A stretch of 64,000 nt of DNA, taken from NCBI GenBank assembly GCA_012295275.1, contig CM022665.1, positions 30,938,001 to 31,002,000 on the forward strand, written 5' to 3'. Within the stretch, counting starts at the first letter, position 1. Each line of letters opens with the position of its first letter. The stretch is from Chrysomallon squamiferum. Lineage: Eukaryota > Animalia > Mollusca. Position numbers and translations under genes: made by a program. Below are positions 1 to 13,245 of the stretch, piece by piece. The notes beneath the pieces were generated by a model. It ran no database searches. It worked only from the letters and a program-made list of their open reading frames with translations, and was not told the DNA's origin.

Positions 1-70
1 TACTACTACTACTACTACTACTTCTACTGCTACTGCTGCTGCTGCTACTGCTACTGCTACTGCTACTATC
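1..70. repeat. (CTA/CTG)n trinucleotide repeat inside the Prox U12 intron
   Basis: Seen directly in the sequence. Confidence 0.9.
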
Positions 71-97
71 ACTAATAATAATGAACTTGTATTATAA

Positions 98-106
98 AAA
101 GGATAT
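98..106 (-). other. U12-type (minor spliceosome) AT-AC 5' splice site ATATCCTTT
   Basis: Minus strand reads ATG CAC ATG|ATATCCTTTTT, a perfect U12 donor consensus in phase 0. It sits at the position upstream of the homeodomain where prospero/PROX1 genes have a known AT-AC intron. Confidence 0.92.
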
Positions 107-1771
107 CATGTGCATATACTGGCTGTCCCCCGAGTCACTGGGCGAGCCCTCAAACATGTCAGATCTGGAAAAATTCATCGCATCATCAGGTGACTTTGGT
201 GACGATCTGTCAAACATGGGCGGCGAACTTGCAGAGAGTCGGCTTTCTGATAGACAACGTTCTCGAAGACCAAAGCCCAAGACGTCAGAATGCTGCAGAC
301 TGGGGTTGGGGATGGCCACGCTTGTGGGCAGCATATGCGGCAGAAAGTGTGGGAATGATGAAGTTGGAGTATGGCCGAGATCCATCTGCATCGACTGAGG
401 ATTGTCCTGGAGTAGCGCCGTTTTGGCTCTTGGAGAAAGTCTGGTGTCGGTCACTTTCGTTCGCTTCTTCTTTGGCGTGTTGCTGACAACCAAAGGAAGC
501 GCCTCTGTCTGCTCGGGTTCTGTCGAGTACATGGGAGGCAGCATTTGCGTAGGAAAGTAGTATGGAAAATGTGGAAAAGGCACATGTGGAGTGACATGTG
601 ATCGAGGCAGTTCAAAGTCTCGGTGTAGAGGTTCAAAAGCACTTATTTTGTTGTCCTGAGAACGGTTGCCAATATGATCATGCATTAGATCGTTCTTGAC
701 TGGAATTATTGGACTAGGTTTCATTTCGTTCCAGATGGATTCGGTTTTTTTCTCTGATTCTTTGCTCTTCTTTACTGCTGTTGACGGCGATGGTTGATTA
801 AAAACGGAACTTTTTAAAACACATTTCTCTATTAGTTTGTTAACTGCACTGTCGACCGCCTTCGTTATCGACTGCACTAATTCTGTCTTGACACTCTCAG
901 CTATTTGTTGGAGATCTTCAGAATCTGTAGCGACCTTGCTGCTTGACGATTTGAAAGAGCTGAAGTCCGCTGGCTTTGGTATTATCAGTTCGTCTGGTCG
1001 ACTGTTATAACCGACACCATTACAGTCTTTGTTGTCCATTTCTTTCTCCTTCATCCACATCCTGACAGCATCACTATATTTACTAACCTGCTTGTTTACC
1101 TCTCCGTTGACATCGTCGCTGCAGAGGGCGTCGCAGCGTTGTTTTACAGCCTGCAGCTGCTGCTGAAGCTGTAGAATATGTTCTTGCAAGACGTTGTGGT
1201 TTCCGCGATGATACTTGCTCTCAGGACAACCAAACTTTGTGTCGTGCTGTTGTGGCTGGAGCTGTTTTCGTTTTGGTCGTCTGGTGTCTGTAATGCTGAC
1301 GGAGGTGTTGTCGGCGTGATCGCCTGGAGACTGGCGCATGCTGGTGATAATATTCTCAACGCGAGCTCGCTTAGCTTCTTTGGAATCTCCGCTAATAGGT
1401 GAATCATCCAGATCATTTGATGCCATTTCATCGAAGCCTTTGTCATCATCCCCCACATCATCAACGTCGCCGTCTCCACGAGTGCTATCGACGTCACTGT
1501 CAGGGACAGAGCCGTTGCAGCAGGAATGAACGGACGCTGCGCTGTCGACTGAATGTGTATCTCGAGCTCCTGACTTGGACCTCAGCATGCCGTCTATCAT
1601 ATCAGAGTCAGCATTGCCGTTAGAGCAAAAGCTTTTCATACTGTTGTTATTATTGTTGTTGTTGTTGTTGTTGTTATTATTACTCATCTTATTTTCTTTG
1701 TTTTGAAGAATCTCTCTCAAAAGCAGTGTTGTATCACCGGAAAGACTTTCAACACCGGGCATCATTGTCAT
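107..1771 (-). CDS. PROX: Prospero/Prox homeobox transcription factor, large N-terminal coding exon (555 codons from first in-exon ATG; gene continues left of window)
   Basis: The ORF carries Prospero/Prox motifs AKRARVENII, KRKQLQPQQH, a Q/L coiled-coil, EQTEALPLVV, PKKKRTKVTDTRLSPR and PTSVAIPNPSL. Acceptor ttttacag|G gives an exon boundary at 1785, with an in-frame alternative at 1776. Start MTMMPG is at 1771. The exon ends at 107 before the U12 donor. Confidence 0.93.
1643..1681 (-). repeat. Coding AAT/AAC trinucleotide repeat encoding poly-Asn (N13) in Prox
   Basis: MS-N13-SM in the ORF translation. Confidence 0.9.
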
Positions 1772-2969
1772 AGGACCTGAAAAACCTGTAAAATAAATAT
1801 AAAACTTGAAATATACCAAAGTAATTAAGTAGTCAGGAAATAAATATGTATATAAGTAAGTATGTAAGTAAATAAGTAAGTAAGTAAATAAATAAATAAA
1901 TAAAGAAAGAAAGAAAGATAGAAAATAAAACAAAACAAAATAAGGTAAGATAAATTAAAATAAAACAAAATACAATAAATATAAAATAAAAGAAGAAATA
2001 AATTTTATAATGTTTTTACAAATTAAATCGAAAATACACAATTCATGAATAAATCATCAGTTTATCATCATTCATTTAACAGAAAATATCAAACTTTAGG
2101 TACAATAAAAGCAGTGCATAATTAAGTTGAATGTATACAATAACCTTTCACGCGCACACACACACAACACACACCGATGCTGTAAAGTACACACATAAAT
2201 AAAATTAGCTGTTTGGAACGGACTTTACGCTTTATCCTTTATTAAAGTGAAGGGGGTTAAAAAAAAGAAAAAGGAGAAAAAAGGAGAAATTTAAAAGCAA
2301 GAAAAAAAAGCAAATGAGATAAAGTTAAAAAAAGAGAGAAAAAAAAAAAAGAGAGAAACTTTTCTCGAGTTCATTTTTCATTATAATTATCGAGTCTAAA
2401 TACTTAAAGTGTCTAACGCCATCACAACGCATTCGTCGGCCATTCTTAAAAAATGATAAACAGCCGAAAAATTCTATCGTGAAAATATAAGACGTTTCTG
2501 GTAACTGTTCTGAAAAATAAATGTCTGTTAGAACAGTAGTTATGACAAGTGTGGACGAAATTTGAGCGCGTTCTCTCTCACCTTTCTGACATACGCTTAT
2601 CAAAAGAGCAACATAAATGTTTGAGTTTTTAACCAAAACGATACACATTTATGCATACTGCACATCGAGAGCGCAGCGACTGACATCATTTATAGTTGGT
2701 GAAGTTAACGTTTATGGCGACAAATCGACCTTAAATAACACTTCTAATCTGACAGCAATGATCGTAATGCATGCTTATATGCTGCATCGGTTTTCTAATC
2801 GAAACGATTTAAAATATAAAAAGAGCTGAATAGGGTGAAAACTTGTGTGTCACTCCTTTAAGTAAAATACGTTATTAAAACGCACATTAAAGGTGGGCAA
2901 GCACAAATATTTATATTCATTATTTTAAATCTTTTACATTGTTTCTTTTTACGGTGTATGTTATATGTC

Positions 2970-3000
<31 letters not shown>

Positions 3001-3939
3001 TGCTGAATCATTGGTGTACATATATAAAGCTTTCAGTGAAAGGTAAATGGCCACTAGCATACTATACAAACCATATCATTCTGATTAAACACTGCATTTT
3101 TAATCTATTATCTGTCTATCCATCCAGACATCTATCTAATCTATATGTCTATCTGTCTGATTTTCTGTCTCTCTAACTGATAAAAAATATATGTCTGTAA
3201 CTGCCGCTATATATGAAATACTTATCTATCTGTGTTAAATACAATTTCCGTTCTTTTTATTTTAGAAGTTAATATTTCTCTTTGTTAACCATTTACTCCC
3301 CCCACCCCTAATGAGCATTACAATTTCAATAATGTGAATATTGTTTAGCTACCTACTAGAAAAATTTATTAATTTCAAACGAATTACGTTACCACTGAGA
3401 AATAATTTTTGTTGGGGCAATTCAACAGTTTGAAAGGCATCTTTACGGTCGTAAATTTGTACTTGTCATCAGAATAGTCATCAGCCGTTGGTTTATTCTT
3501 GGCGGATCAAAGATGGCCAATACAAGACTGATAAGCACTGGTTTTATCCCTTTACAGATACAGAACTGGAAAGAACTGGACAGTGTAAACCGTAAAACGA
3601 TAAACTTATATAGACATATAAGGATATTTCTTGTCAGTGGTGCATTACTTTTTATGCATAGTGTAATAATCTGCTGTCTTTATTTTTATTATTTCTTGAT
3701 TTGTTTTTGTTTAGTTAAACTATACATGCGGTCTATTAGCACACAGGGACAGCTTCTATAAAAATCAAAAACCAGTATGAGTGTCAAAAGAATGAAAATT
3801 AATTTATTGTTAAGCATATTCTAAAAATGTCTGTATATAGTTTACAGACAAAAAAAAAAAAAAAAAAAAAGACTCACTGATTGACAGCTGATATGATACA
3901 TGTTACATCAACATTGGCGCAGACAGAAAGATAGTCGAC

Positions 3940-3943
<4 letters not shown>

Positions 3944-4014
<71 letters not shown>
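3944..4014. repeat. (AG)n microsatellite
   Basis: Seen directly in the sequence. Confidence 0.97.
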
Positions 4015-4019
<5 letters not shown>

Positions 4020-5579
4020 ATAACAAAAACAAAACTTTAATAATTTACTACTACTTCTATTATTGCTACTACTAATACTACTATTACTACTGCTTTTGTT
4101 ATTGTTGCTACTAAGAGCCACCAGTATTACTTCTATTACTACTACTACTATGGTTACTGCTAGTGCTACTGCTGCTGCCACTGATACTGCTACTATTCCT
4201 TCTACTACTACAACTGCAACCAAAATCACTACTATCCAGGACAGAGGCAGTTTGAATAAATACCTTTTTTAACCTGCACTGAAACCCAGCTTTCAAATTA
4301 TCGATCAGATGATGGTATCTATAAGAACTCTTTCAAATTATCCGTATCTAAACCTTCAGGAGCTAGATTATGAAAGTTTTTTTAATTATTTTTATTTTTT
4401 ACTTATTTTATTTTAATATATATTTAATAGACATCTCCTGCCCACCCGCTCCACACATAATAAAATAATGTATAAAATTGGACATTTTTTTTTTAATGGA
4501 GAATCAGATACATAATATTATGACAAGTACTCTGTTAGTTATAATCAATTAATTACTCATCGCTAATCATATAAACGTCTAATTGTTAAATATGTATAGA
4601 AATCACAGCAAGTAACAATTATATAAAATCTGACGTTAGTTTGTTTCTGAATAAGAATGATGTGTATTTTAAACAGTTTTAAATTACGCATAACACAATA
4701 TCGAAAACATTGTCACATATTCATTAAAACTGCAGTGTAGATTGCGATTTAGGTCACTAAAATACATTAACTAAACGACAGTCGCGTGGAAATAAAATAA
4801 AAAAATTTAAAATTAAAATTAAATAAAATAATAAATAAATAAAGAGAGAAAGAAAGAAAAAACAAAGAAAATAATGTCAGAGAATATTATTATTTTTTTA
4901 AACTATTATTATTATTATTATTTTTTTTTTTTTGTTACAATGAATTACAAAATGTGATAACATACTGTCGGCGTAAAACAGTAGTAACAAACCAACATTT
5001 AAATAAATCAATTTTATTATTGTTAATTTTTGTTTTAATAATGTTAATACACTTTTAAACAACGGTGTTAAAATAAATAAATAAATAAAAATATTTAAAA
5101 AACCCAAAACAACTCAACAAAACAACCCAACAAAACTTTCAAATGGATTCTGGTTGAAGCTGAAGCAGAGAACCATGCTTTCTCCCTCCACAGTATTAAT
5201 AATTCACTACTGCCATTATAAAATCATCTACTACAGACTAATATTATTACAAACTTCTTTAAAGTAATTTTAAATAAGCAAAAAAAAAAAAAAAAAAAAA
5301 AAAAACCCGTAAATTCAGCCGACTTCGGGAAACAAAATAAAGAAATGTAAAGAGAAACGAAAGAAAGAAGAAATAAATAAATAAATAAAACAAAACAACA
5401 GAAAAAAGAAATTTCATAAAAATTTCTGAAATATAAACAGTTTGAATTGAGGGGTTTATGTTGTTATTTTTTTGTGTGTTTTCGTTCTTTCTTTCGTTGG
5501 AGTTTTATAAAATAAACAATAAACAAAGACAATAGATATAAAGATGATATTACTTTTGATAATAATAATAACGACTTAC

Positions 5580-5656
5580 CTGCATTCAGAGCGAGCAAGT
5601 TCCCAGGATGGCTCCAAAAGAAGGGCAGGATTTCGCCGGACGAGAGACAACCATTT
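5580..5656 (-). other. Candidate 77-nt upstream exon of Prox (5' UTR or N-terminal extension)
   Basis: Minus strand has acceptor ttttttttttcaactgtcttacag| and a consensus donor GCAG|gtaagt. The exon is GC-rich relative to its flanks. Confidence 0.7.
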
Positions 5657-5699
5657 CTGTAAGACAGTTGAAAAAAAAAATACAGCTGTTATACACCGA

Positions 5700-6050
5700 G
5701 CAATAATTTATTCCTTGGAAAGAAATCAGCGAAGCGGATCAGTTTCTGGCGCGTGCCTAGTGTAACCACGCAGACACACCTGTCGCTGGGAAGAAGACTA
5801 TCGACTGGCCAGTTATCAACAGGCAAAATTCGACAATTAAAGTTTAGCCAATTATTTTACAAAGACCCTATCGCAAATGTAGTCCGGGGTTGTCGCCTCC
5901 TTTCTTGTAAGAAAGCATTGTGTCCAGGTGCAGGGGCGGGGCGAGAGAGAGAAAGGAGGGGGGGTTTGAGTTTGTGACACTCGGTTATCACAGTTAAATG
6001 TTTGCCACTGTTTGCCATCTTGTTAATAACGAGTCTGAGAATGATAGATG
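5700..6050 (-). promoter_or_regulatory. Candidate proximal Prox promoter/regulatory island
   Basis: CpG-retaining island with a GC box (GGGGCGGGGC near 5933), GA tract, E-box CACCTG near 5777 and GGCACGCGCC (minus, 5748-5757), directly upstream of the 77-nt exon. Confidence 0.5.
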
Positions 6051-6256
6051 TTCGCAAATTCTCGTTTAGATAGTTAACAAAAAAACTGTGATTTCTAAAA
6101 TCAAATTATTGTTACTGATGTTGCCGTTGTTGTTGTTGTTGATGTTGCTGTCGTTGCTATTATTAATGTCTTGAGGAGTAATACATCTTGAAACTGTACT
6201 TAAAAACATTTAATAAAATGTGTAAAACCACATCATTATTATCATCATCTTTTTCT

Positions 6257-6281
6257 TATTATTATTATGATGATGATGATG

Positions 6282-6350
<69 letters not shown>
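6257..6350. repeat. (ATT)n/(GAT)n microsatellite
   Basis: Seen directly in the sequence. Confidence 0.95.
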
Positions 6351-6352
<2 letters not shown>

Positions 6353-6624
6353 ACTTTCTCGTTCAGTTTATAGAAAACGGATTCTCATTAACGCGTGCAC
6401 AACCGTTTAATCATTTCTCAATCGGTAAATGACAGAAAATGTAACATGTGTTGTCTAGTGAAAACATTCGAAATACACAAATTCAAATGTAATTTTCTTC
6501 TCTTATTATGTAAGCAGAAAACTAGTATATACAACACGTTCTAAAAAAAAAAAATTTTGATAAAATATCATTTTTTATATATATATATTTTTATTTTCAA
6601 CTCAAGGTATACAACAAAATAGTG

Positions 6625-6655
<31 letters not shown>

Positions 6656-9600
6656 GATAAATAAACACTTTCTGGTTTTTTCTTTTTCTTTCTTTGTTTT
6701 GTTTTGGCTGTTTTATATTAAAGTTTTGTTTCATTATTTTTGTCCTTTTTTCGGTTTAATTTTTTTGTTTGTTTGTTTTAGATATAGTACTTATATGATT
6801 ATACCATCTATAAATATTTTCCTTAAATACAGTTATATAAAATTCAGTTAATAATAATAATAAAAGATAAAAAAAGAAAATACGTATAGAAAGAAATAAT
6901 CATGAGATCAATACATATTTAAAATTATAATATTTTCTCTCTTTTCTCTTTCTCTGTCTCTGCTTTAATTTTGTATTAATTTTTATTCATCCAATTTTTT
7001 CTCTTTTCTTTTTCGAATATTATGATACTTATTTATTTACTAAGTATGTATGCGTACACTGCATATACGTAAATATGTGTCAGTTCGTCTGAATGTATTT
7101 CCGTGCCTTTTTATCAATTATTAATACGTATTACATTAACATTATTTTACTAAATTAATACAAATAACACTTTCAGCTTTACAGATATGATATGTATTAA
7201 CTGAGTGAACTAATGTTATTATAACAATACTTGCGAATCTCTACTCTTTTCATGACATGGCTATTACAAATGTGTAAATATGAATAACAGTAATAAACTA
7301 ATATACGTGTTGTTCTTGCAGACAAAACGTCATACATATCGAACGAATAGAGAAAGGGTTAACAAAAACAAGAAAACGTACATAATTTATCCACGTTTAC
7401 AAATTAAGATAAAAATAACCTATTATTTTATTGCCACAACATATTTTCTAAATGTATTTCACGGGATAATCCCAATGGCAGTATTTTCTCTTTATACATA
7501 AGCAATTTATTCCAGTGTAAAGAAATCTTCGAAGCGTAAAAATTTCCAGTGCGTGTCTAATGCTCTATTCGATTCAGTCGATGGGGTGGATGCTGGTATC
7601 CATAATTTTTTGAAGCAAAGAAAAACAATATCTCTAAAGACGCTACGAGAAGATATATGATAATTACGAAAAGAATTTGACGTAAAATATAAAATTAAAA
7701 TACCAACCCCCCCAAAAAAAAAGGGAAGAAAAAACCCCCAAAACAAACGAGACTATTACATCTTAAAAAAAAATATTTTAAAAGTGAAGATTAAAAAAAC
7801 AGTGAAGAAAAATGCTAATTTCAGTTTCAGAATGTGAGGACATTTATTATTATTCTTAAAAATATATAGACTTGACATCGATCCCTGTCATTTCAAAAGA
7901 AATAATTTACGATTTAATTAAAGTTAACAAGAGTGTTTGATCAATTTGTTACTTGAGCTTTTTGTTTGGAGTTTAACTTTTCAATTAGAAACTTAAACGC
8001 GGCTTTCAGGTAAAACTTCAAATTCCAAATTCTTTTACATGGTTAATGAAATTAAAAAAAAAAAATCTCTTAAATTACACTAGACTATGAAATGAAAAAT
8101 TAACTCTGGCTAACGTTTACCTTCAGAGAACATTATATCAATAATTTTAAAAAACAAACAAACAACAACAACAAAAACAGAGATAAATAAAATAATAATA
8201 ATAAGAAAATAAAAACGATTATGTAGATTCACATAATTTAATGCATTATTTCAGATTTTCGACTTACCCTCTCGTAAAGTTTTGTTAGCAGATAAACTGA
8301 AGCAAATAACTTATTTATTATCATCATCATCATCATCATCATTAGTACTGTTTCTAAATCAGTTCTTAAAATGTATTTATAATTTGCTGATGCTGCTGCT
8401 ACTACTGTTAATACTACTATTAATAACAACACATTACATATAACTAAGTTTTAAATTATTAATCTTTTAATTATATATGCCTTTGTTATATCATTTGGAT
8501 CTGACGAAAATAAGTTATAGTGGGTGCACTTATCAAACACACACACACACACACACACACACAAGTACAACTAAAACCGATGCTACTGATGCTTGCTGTG
8601 GATAATAATAGTGCTACTACTACTGCTAACAAATGAAACCAAGACGACATCCACGGAACAGGTGAAAAATAACTATAGTATACATTAAGCATGAATACTT
8701 ACCACTACTATTATTGAAGATGATAATGATGATGTTATTAGCATTACAGCTAGCGAATGAATTTAAGAAGTACAGAAAAAATAACAAATAATAATATAGT
8801 CTAATAGTTCAGTAGATATGTATTTATAAACAGTACTATAACATTTCAAAATTCTGTTGGTTGAAGAAAAAAATAAAATTGTCGTGTCTACAACTAAATT
8901 TCATACAGCAAAATTGAAAATGCAAAAACAGCAACAAAAATTAAGCATTATACATTCACCTATCTACCGCTGCTGCTGCTGCTGCTACTATTATTACCAT
9001 TATTACTACTACTACTATTACTGCAGCTGCTAACGATGTTGATGCTGATGAAACTGTCAGTACTGTTGTTACTGCTTACAAGTGAATGTGAGATTGCTAC
9101 ATCACAATAGGTAAAATGGTATAACTCAAACTACTGTTGCACTAACGGTGATTATTAATGATGATAATGACGATTCTACATTCTTACAACAGAATGTAAC
9201 AGAAATGTTTTAAAGTTTTTGAATAATTCATTACATATATATTCACATTTCTTCTACTAAATATGTCGCTACTGATGGTGTCAATTAAGGTGATGATAAT
9301 GAAACTACTCTATTCCTTATGAATGAAAAATGATTAGTGGTTCTTTACAGAAACGTTCAAATGTATAACCACCGTTATAAATACTGAAGTTGTAGTCGTT
9401 ATTAATGATGATGGCGATGACTAGGATGATGTGGAGGTTACAGGTATATAACTGAATTTTAGAATGCTACAAGAATTCTAGAGAACAAATGAATTTTCAA
9501 AAAAGAAAGAAAGAAACATTATTTAATTATATAGAATAAATTTAAGAAGGAAATTCTATATAGAGAAGGATTGAATTTAAAAAATAACCACAAATAAAAA

Positions 9601-9933
9601 TAAATTATTTTAGTTATAATATTATAAAAGAACTGAATTTAATAGGACAAATAAAAAAAATATATATATTTTACTTCATTACATCTACACTCACGTGTAA
9701 AACCACGCTATAACTAATTATATGAATTAGATCCTAAGTTGTTTATGATGATTCATGTTGGCATTACATTAAAAAGAAACACGATTCATGCGATATAATT
9801 ACATAGAATATATTGATCGCACAAACATTTCCTGCATTCATATTTATTCAACAATGAATTGCATTGTTCCATTATTATTATTAGATTAAATGTTAAAAAT
9901 GATTCTGTTTTTAAACCTATAAACCAAACTCTT

Positions 9934-10025
9934 AATAATAATAATAATAAGAATAAGAATAAGAATAATAAGAAGAATAAGAAGAAGAAGAAGAACAACA
10001 ACAACAACAATAATAATAATAATAA

Positions 10026-10056
<31 letters not shown>

Positions 10057-10121
10057 AAGAAGAAGAAGAAGAAAAAGAAAAGAAAAAGACGAAGACGAAA
10101 AATAAGAATAATAATAATAAT
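9934..10121. repeat. Compound (AAT)/(AAG)/(AAC) microsatellite
   Basis: Seen directly in the sequence. Confidence 0.95.
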
Positions 10122-10351
10122 CTTTTTTAAATATCTAGAACCAAAAATGTTTGAGAGAGAGAGATTAATAAAACAGTTTACAATAAATAATAAAGTAAAT
10201 GAAAGAGAGAGAATATTTTCTGAGAAAAGCTAGTAATTATTATTATTATTAACAACGTAATTATAGCAATACATATGTAAAATTTAATAACACATTATAA
10301 ACAATTTCAAAAAAGAAAAAGAACACTCAAAATAATTAATAATTTATGCTG

Positions 10352-10419
<68 letters not shown>
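10352..10419. repeat. (AAT)n microsatellite
   Basis: Seen directly in the sequence. Confidence 0.97.
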
Positions 10420-10554
10420 TTAGCAAAAGTGCAATAGAAATGTATTGTTGTGTTGTTGTTATTTTTATTGCTGTTTTTAAGATTTAAATTAAAGTGTATA
10501 AAATATGTTCCTGCTATTTTTTTAAATACATAATATTATTTCTGGATTACCTTA

Positions 10555-10604
<50 letters not shown>

Positions 10605-11557
10605 CTTAAATAATATGATGGTAGCAGTAGTAGTAGTGATAATAATAACTAATATATAAATAAATAAATATATATTATTTTAATTATATACCGCATACTT
10701 AAATGTTAATATTACAACAAACACTATAATATAATAAAGTATTTAAAAACTTTTAACAAATTCATTTTACATAATTAACAAAATAGTAATAAATGGATGA
10801 TTTAATTTTCGAAAAAAAAAAAAATATATATATAAAAAAAAAAAAAAAAAAGTTTAAACATTTAAAAAAAAAATAAAGAAAATATGAAATAATATCGAAA
10901 AGGAAAATATTTTTAAAAACATTATATTATTATTATTATTATTATTATTATTTATCAAAAAAAAAAAAAAAAAAAAAAAACGATGGTAAAGAATATTAAA
11001 AAAATAATAATAATAAATAAAAAACATTTAAAAAGAAAGAAAGAAAAGAAAATAAATTCAAATGCCTAAGATAAATACACATTTTTGAAATGAAATCTTA
11101 ATAGAGAATTATAAAAACTTTAAACGTGTTTTCTTATAAATATTAAATATTTAAATCAACCATGCTTTTTAACACCTGCCATTTACCATAAAGTTCTGAT
11201 GTGTGAATATAATTTTACACTCAAAATTAGACAGGTGACATTGGCAAGAAAACTGACGATTTGTTAATAACTGCAAGTTTGGAGAAAATGTTGTTACAAG
11301 TACATTTAAACCAAATTTTTTTAAACATAAGTCGATTCTTTAGAAAATATAAAGAGAGCAAATTTTGTTTGTTTGTTTGTTTTTCTAAAAAAAAAAGAAA
11401 ATACAACATACAGACACAAATATGTGTAAGAAGAAGAAAAAGGTGTAAACAAAGAAAAGAAAATAAACACGATAATAATAACAATTAGCAAGTTCACGCG
11501 AAAGACATGCATCACTGAATTCGTATTATCAGATAACAGATAAATATAGAATTGTAC

Positions 11558-11590
<33 letters not shown>

Positions 11591-11937
11591 CTTATCGAAA
11601 AATTAAATAGCCGAAAGCAAGAATTTTTTTGAAAAGATATTTAGAAAGACGATGATCAACACTAACGAAAAGTTAAAACAACATTTAACTTACACAACAA
11701 TTACACATTGCACATGCATGTATGTGTATGTATTTTTATATATAAAAATAAACTATTTTATTTATTTATTTATTGTCATAAAAAAATAAATATTTTATAA
11801 AAATTGTCGGCGACCTTTAAAATTTTATTTTTCTTCGAAGTACTTGATGCAGAAGGTCTATAAAATATGAATTTATATATGTGAATATATGTATCTACGT
11901 ATGTATGTACGGATGGATGTATGTGTGCATGTATGTA

Positions 11938-11965
11938 TATCTATCTATCTATCTATCTGTCTATC

Positions 11966-12029
<64 letters not shown>
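11938..12029. repeat. (TATC)n + (TG)n microsatellite
   Basis: Seen directly in the sequence. Confidence 0.95.
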
Positions 12030-12030
<1 letters not shown>

Positions 12031-13164
12031 TACGTGTGTATATTAATTTTGCTCTGGTCGATATTATTGATATAAATAATGGAATTAACTGTGAAACAGA
12101 AATCCTATTGTTCAGCATATTGTTTAATACAATTCGGAAGAACAATAATAAAAAAATCCAACAGCAAATATGATACACAATTACAGACTCACTTACATAC
12201 AATCTAAATATTCTGAGAGCGATATTCACTGTGAAAACATGTTTAACATATCAGTTCCAAAACCACGTGATTGAATTGCAATAAAAAGAAAACGAAAAAA
12301 AAAAAAAAAAAAAATCTAGGTGGGGGGGGAATTAAAAAAATATATATATATATATTTTTATAAAAGCATTTTGTATATGTAAAAAAAAAAAAAAAAAAAA
12401 AACCCAGTAATCTATAATTGAATTATAAATAGTGTTGCATAATGAACAATTTAATTTTACCATTACCTTGACGTAAAGAAACAATTCATGCAATCTAGAC
12501 ATTTGCCATTTCGACGAAATGTGTTGCGAATGTTTTGATAATTTTATTAATGTTCACCGAGTAACGTTACTTTGAAACAATTGTCGATATTAAATTTCCT
12601 GCGGAGACAATAATCGAGGCGCAATTTTTCAATTTATTATTATAATGTGATATTCAAGTAGTGCGAAATAAGTGTTTAGTACTTGTTTGAACTGTTAAGA
12701 AAGCTAATAAATAACAGCATAACACATCCAGATGTTGTCTTTTCACCCACACTAGAAGTAGTTAAGAACGTCTCGAGTTACCCAAGATACACAAAGTTTC
12801 GTTTATTTCTGTTAAAATGGAGACTGATTAATTTATTTTTCTTAATTTTTATCTGATTCGCGTTGATATAAAATACTTACAAAGTCTATTAATAATAAAA
12901 TAACGTTGAGCGATAAAGAAAATAAAAAGTAAAAATAAATGTCATTTTATTCCTTTTTCACCTTTTTATTTCTAAAAGCATTATTTTATTTATTTATTTT
13001 TTTTAAATTTATTTTTCTGTTTTCTTCTTATTAAAGCTAAATCTGATTATATATATATATGTTTTTAAATATTCATTTACTTGTTTTCTTATTTATTTAA
13101 CATTAATGTCATTGTTGTTGTTACGACTATTATTATTATTATTATTGTTATTATTATTATCATT

Positions 13165-13245
13165 ATCGCAAGCAGTCCAATGTTAAATGATCCATACATG
13201 AAAAATTAAATGAACGAACAATAGTTTAAATTAAGTATTGTTTCC
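13165..13245 (+). pseudogene. Degenerate duplicate of the DLST exon 1 3' end / intron 1 start
   Basis: Matches 13899-13988; the core catacatga.aaattaaa.gaa.gaacaatagt is identical at 30/33 positions. Confidence 0.7.

Noticed and set aside
81-1623. Overlapping short ORFs on both strands within the Prox exon
   Set aside because: Shadow ORFs of GC-richer coding sequence with no recognisable motifs.
1786-1933. N-terminal ~49 aa (MFYFLSFF...) of the 613-aa ORF
   Set aside because: Intronic low-complexity T-rich sequence upstream of the splice acceptor, starting at a non-ATG codon.
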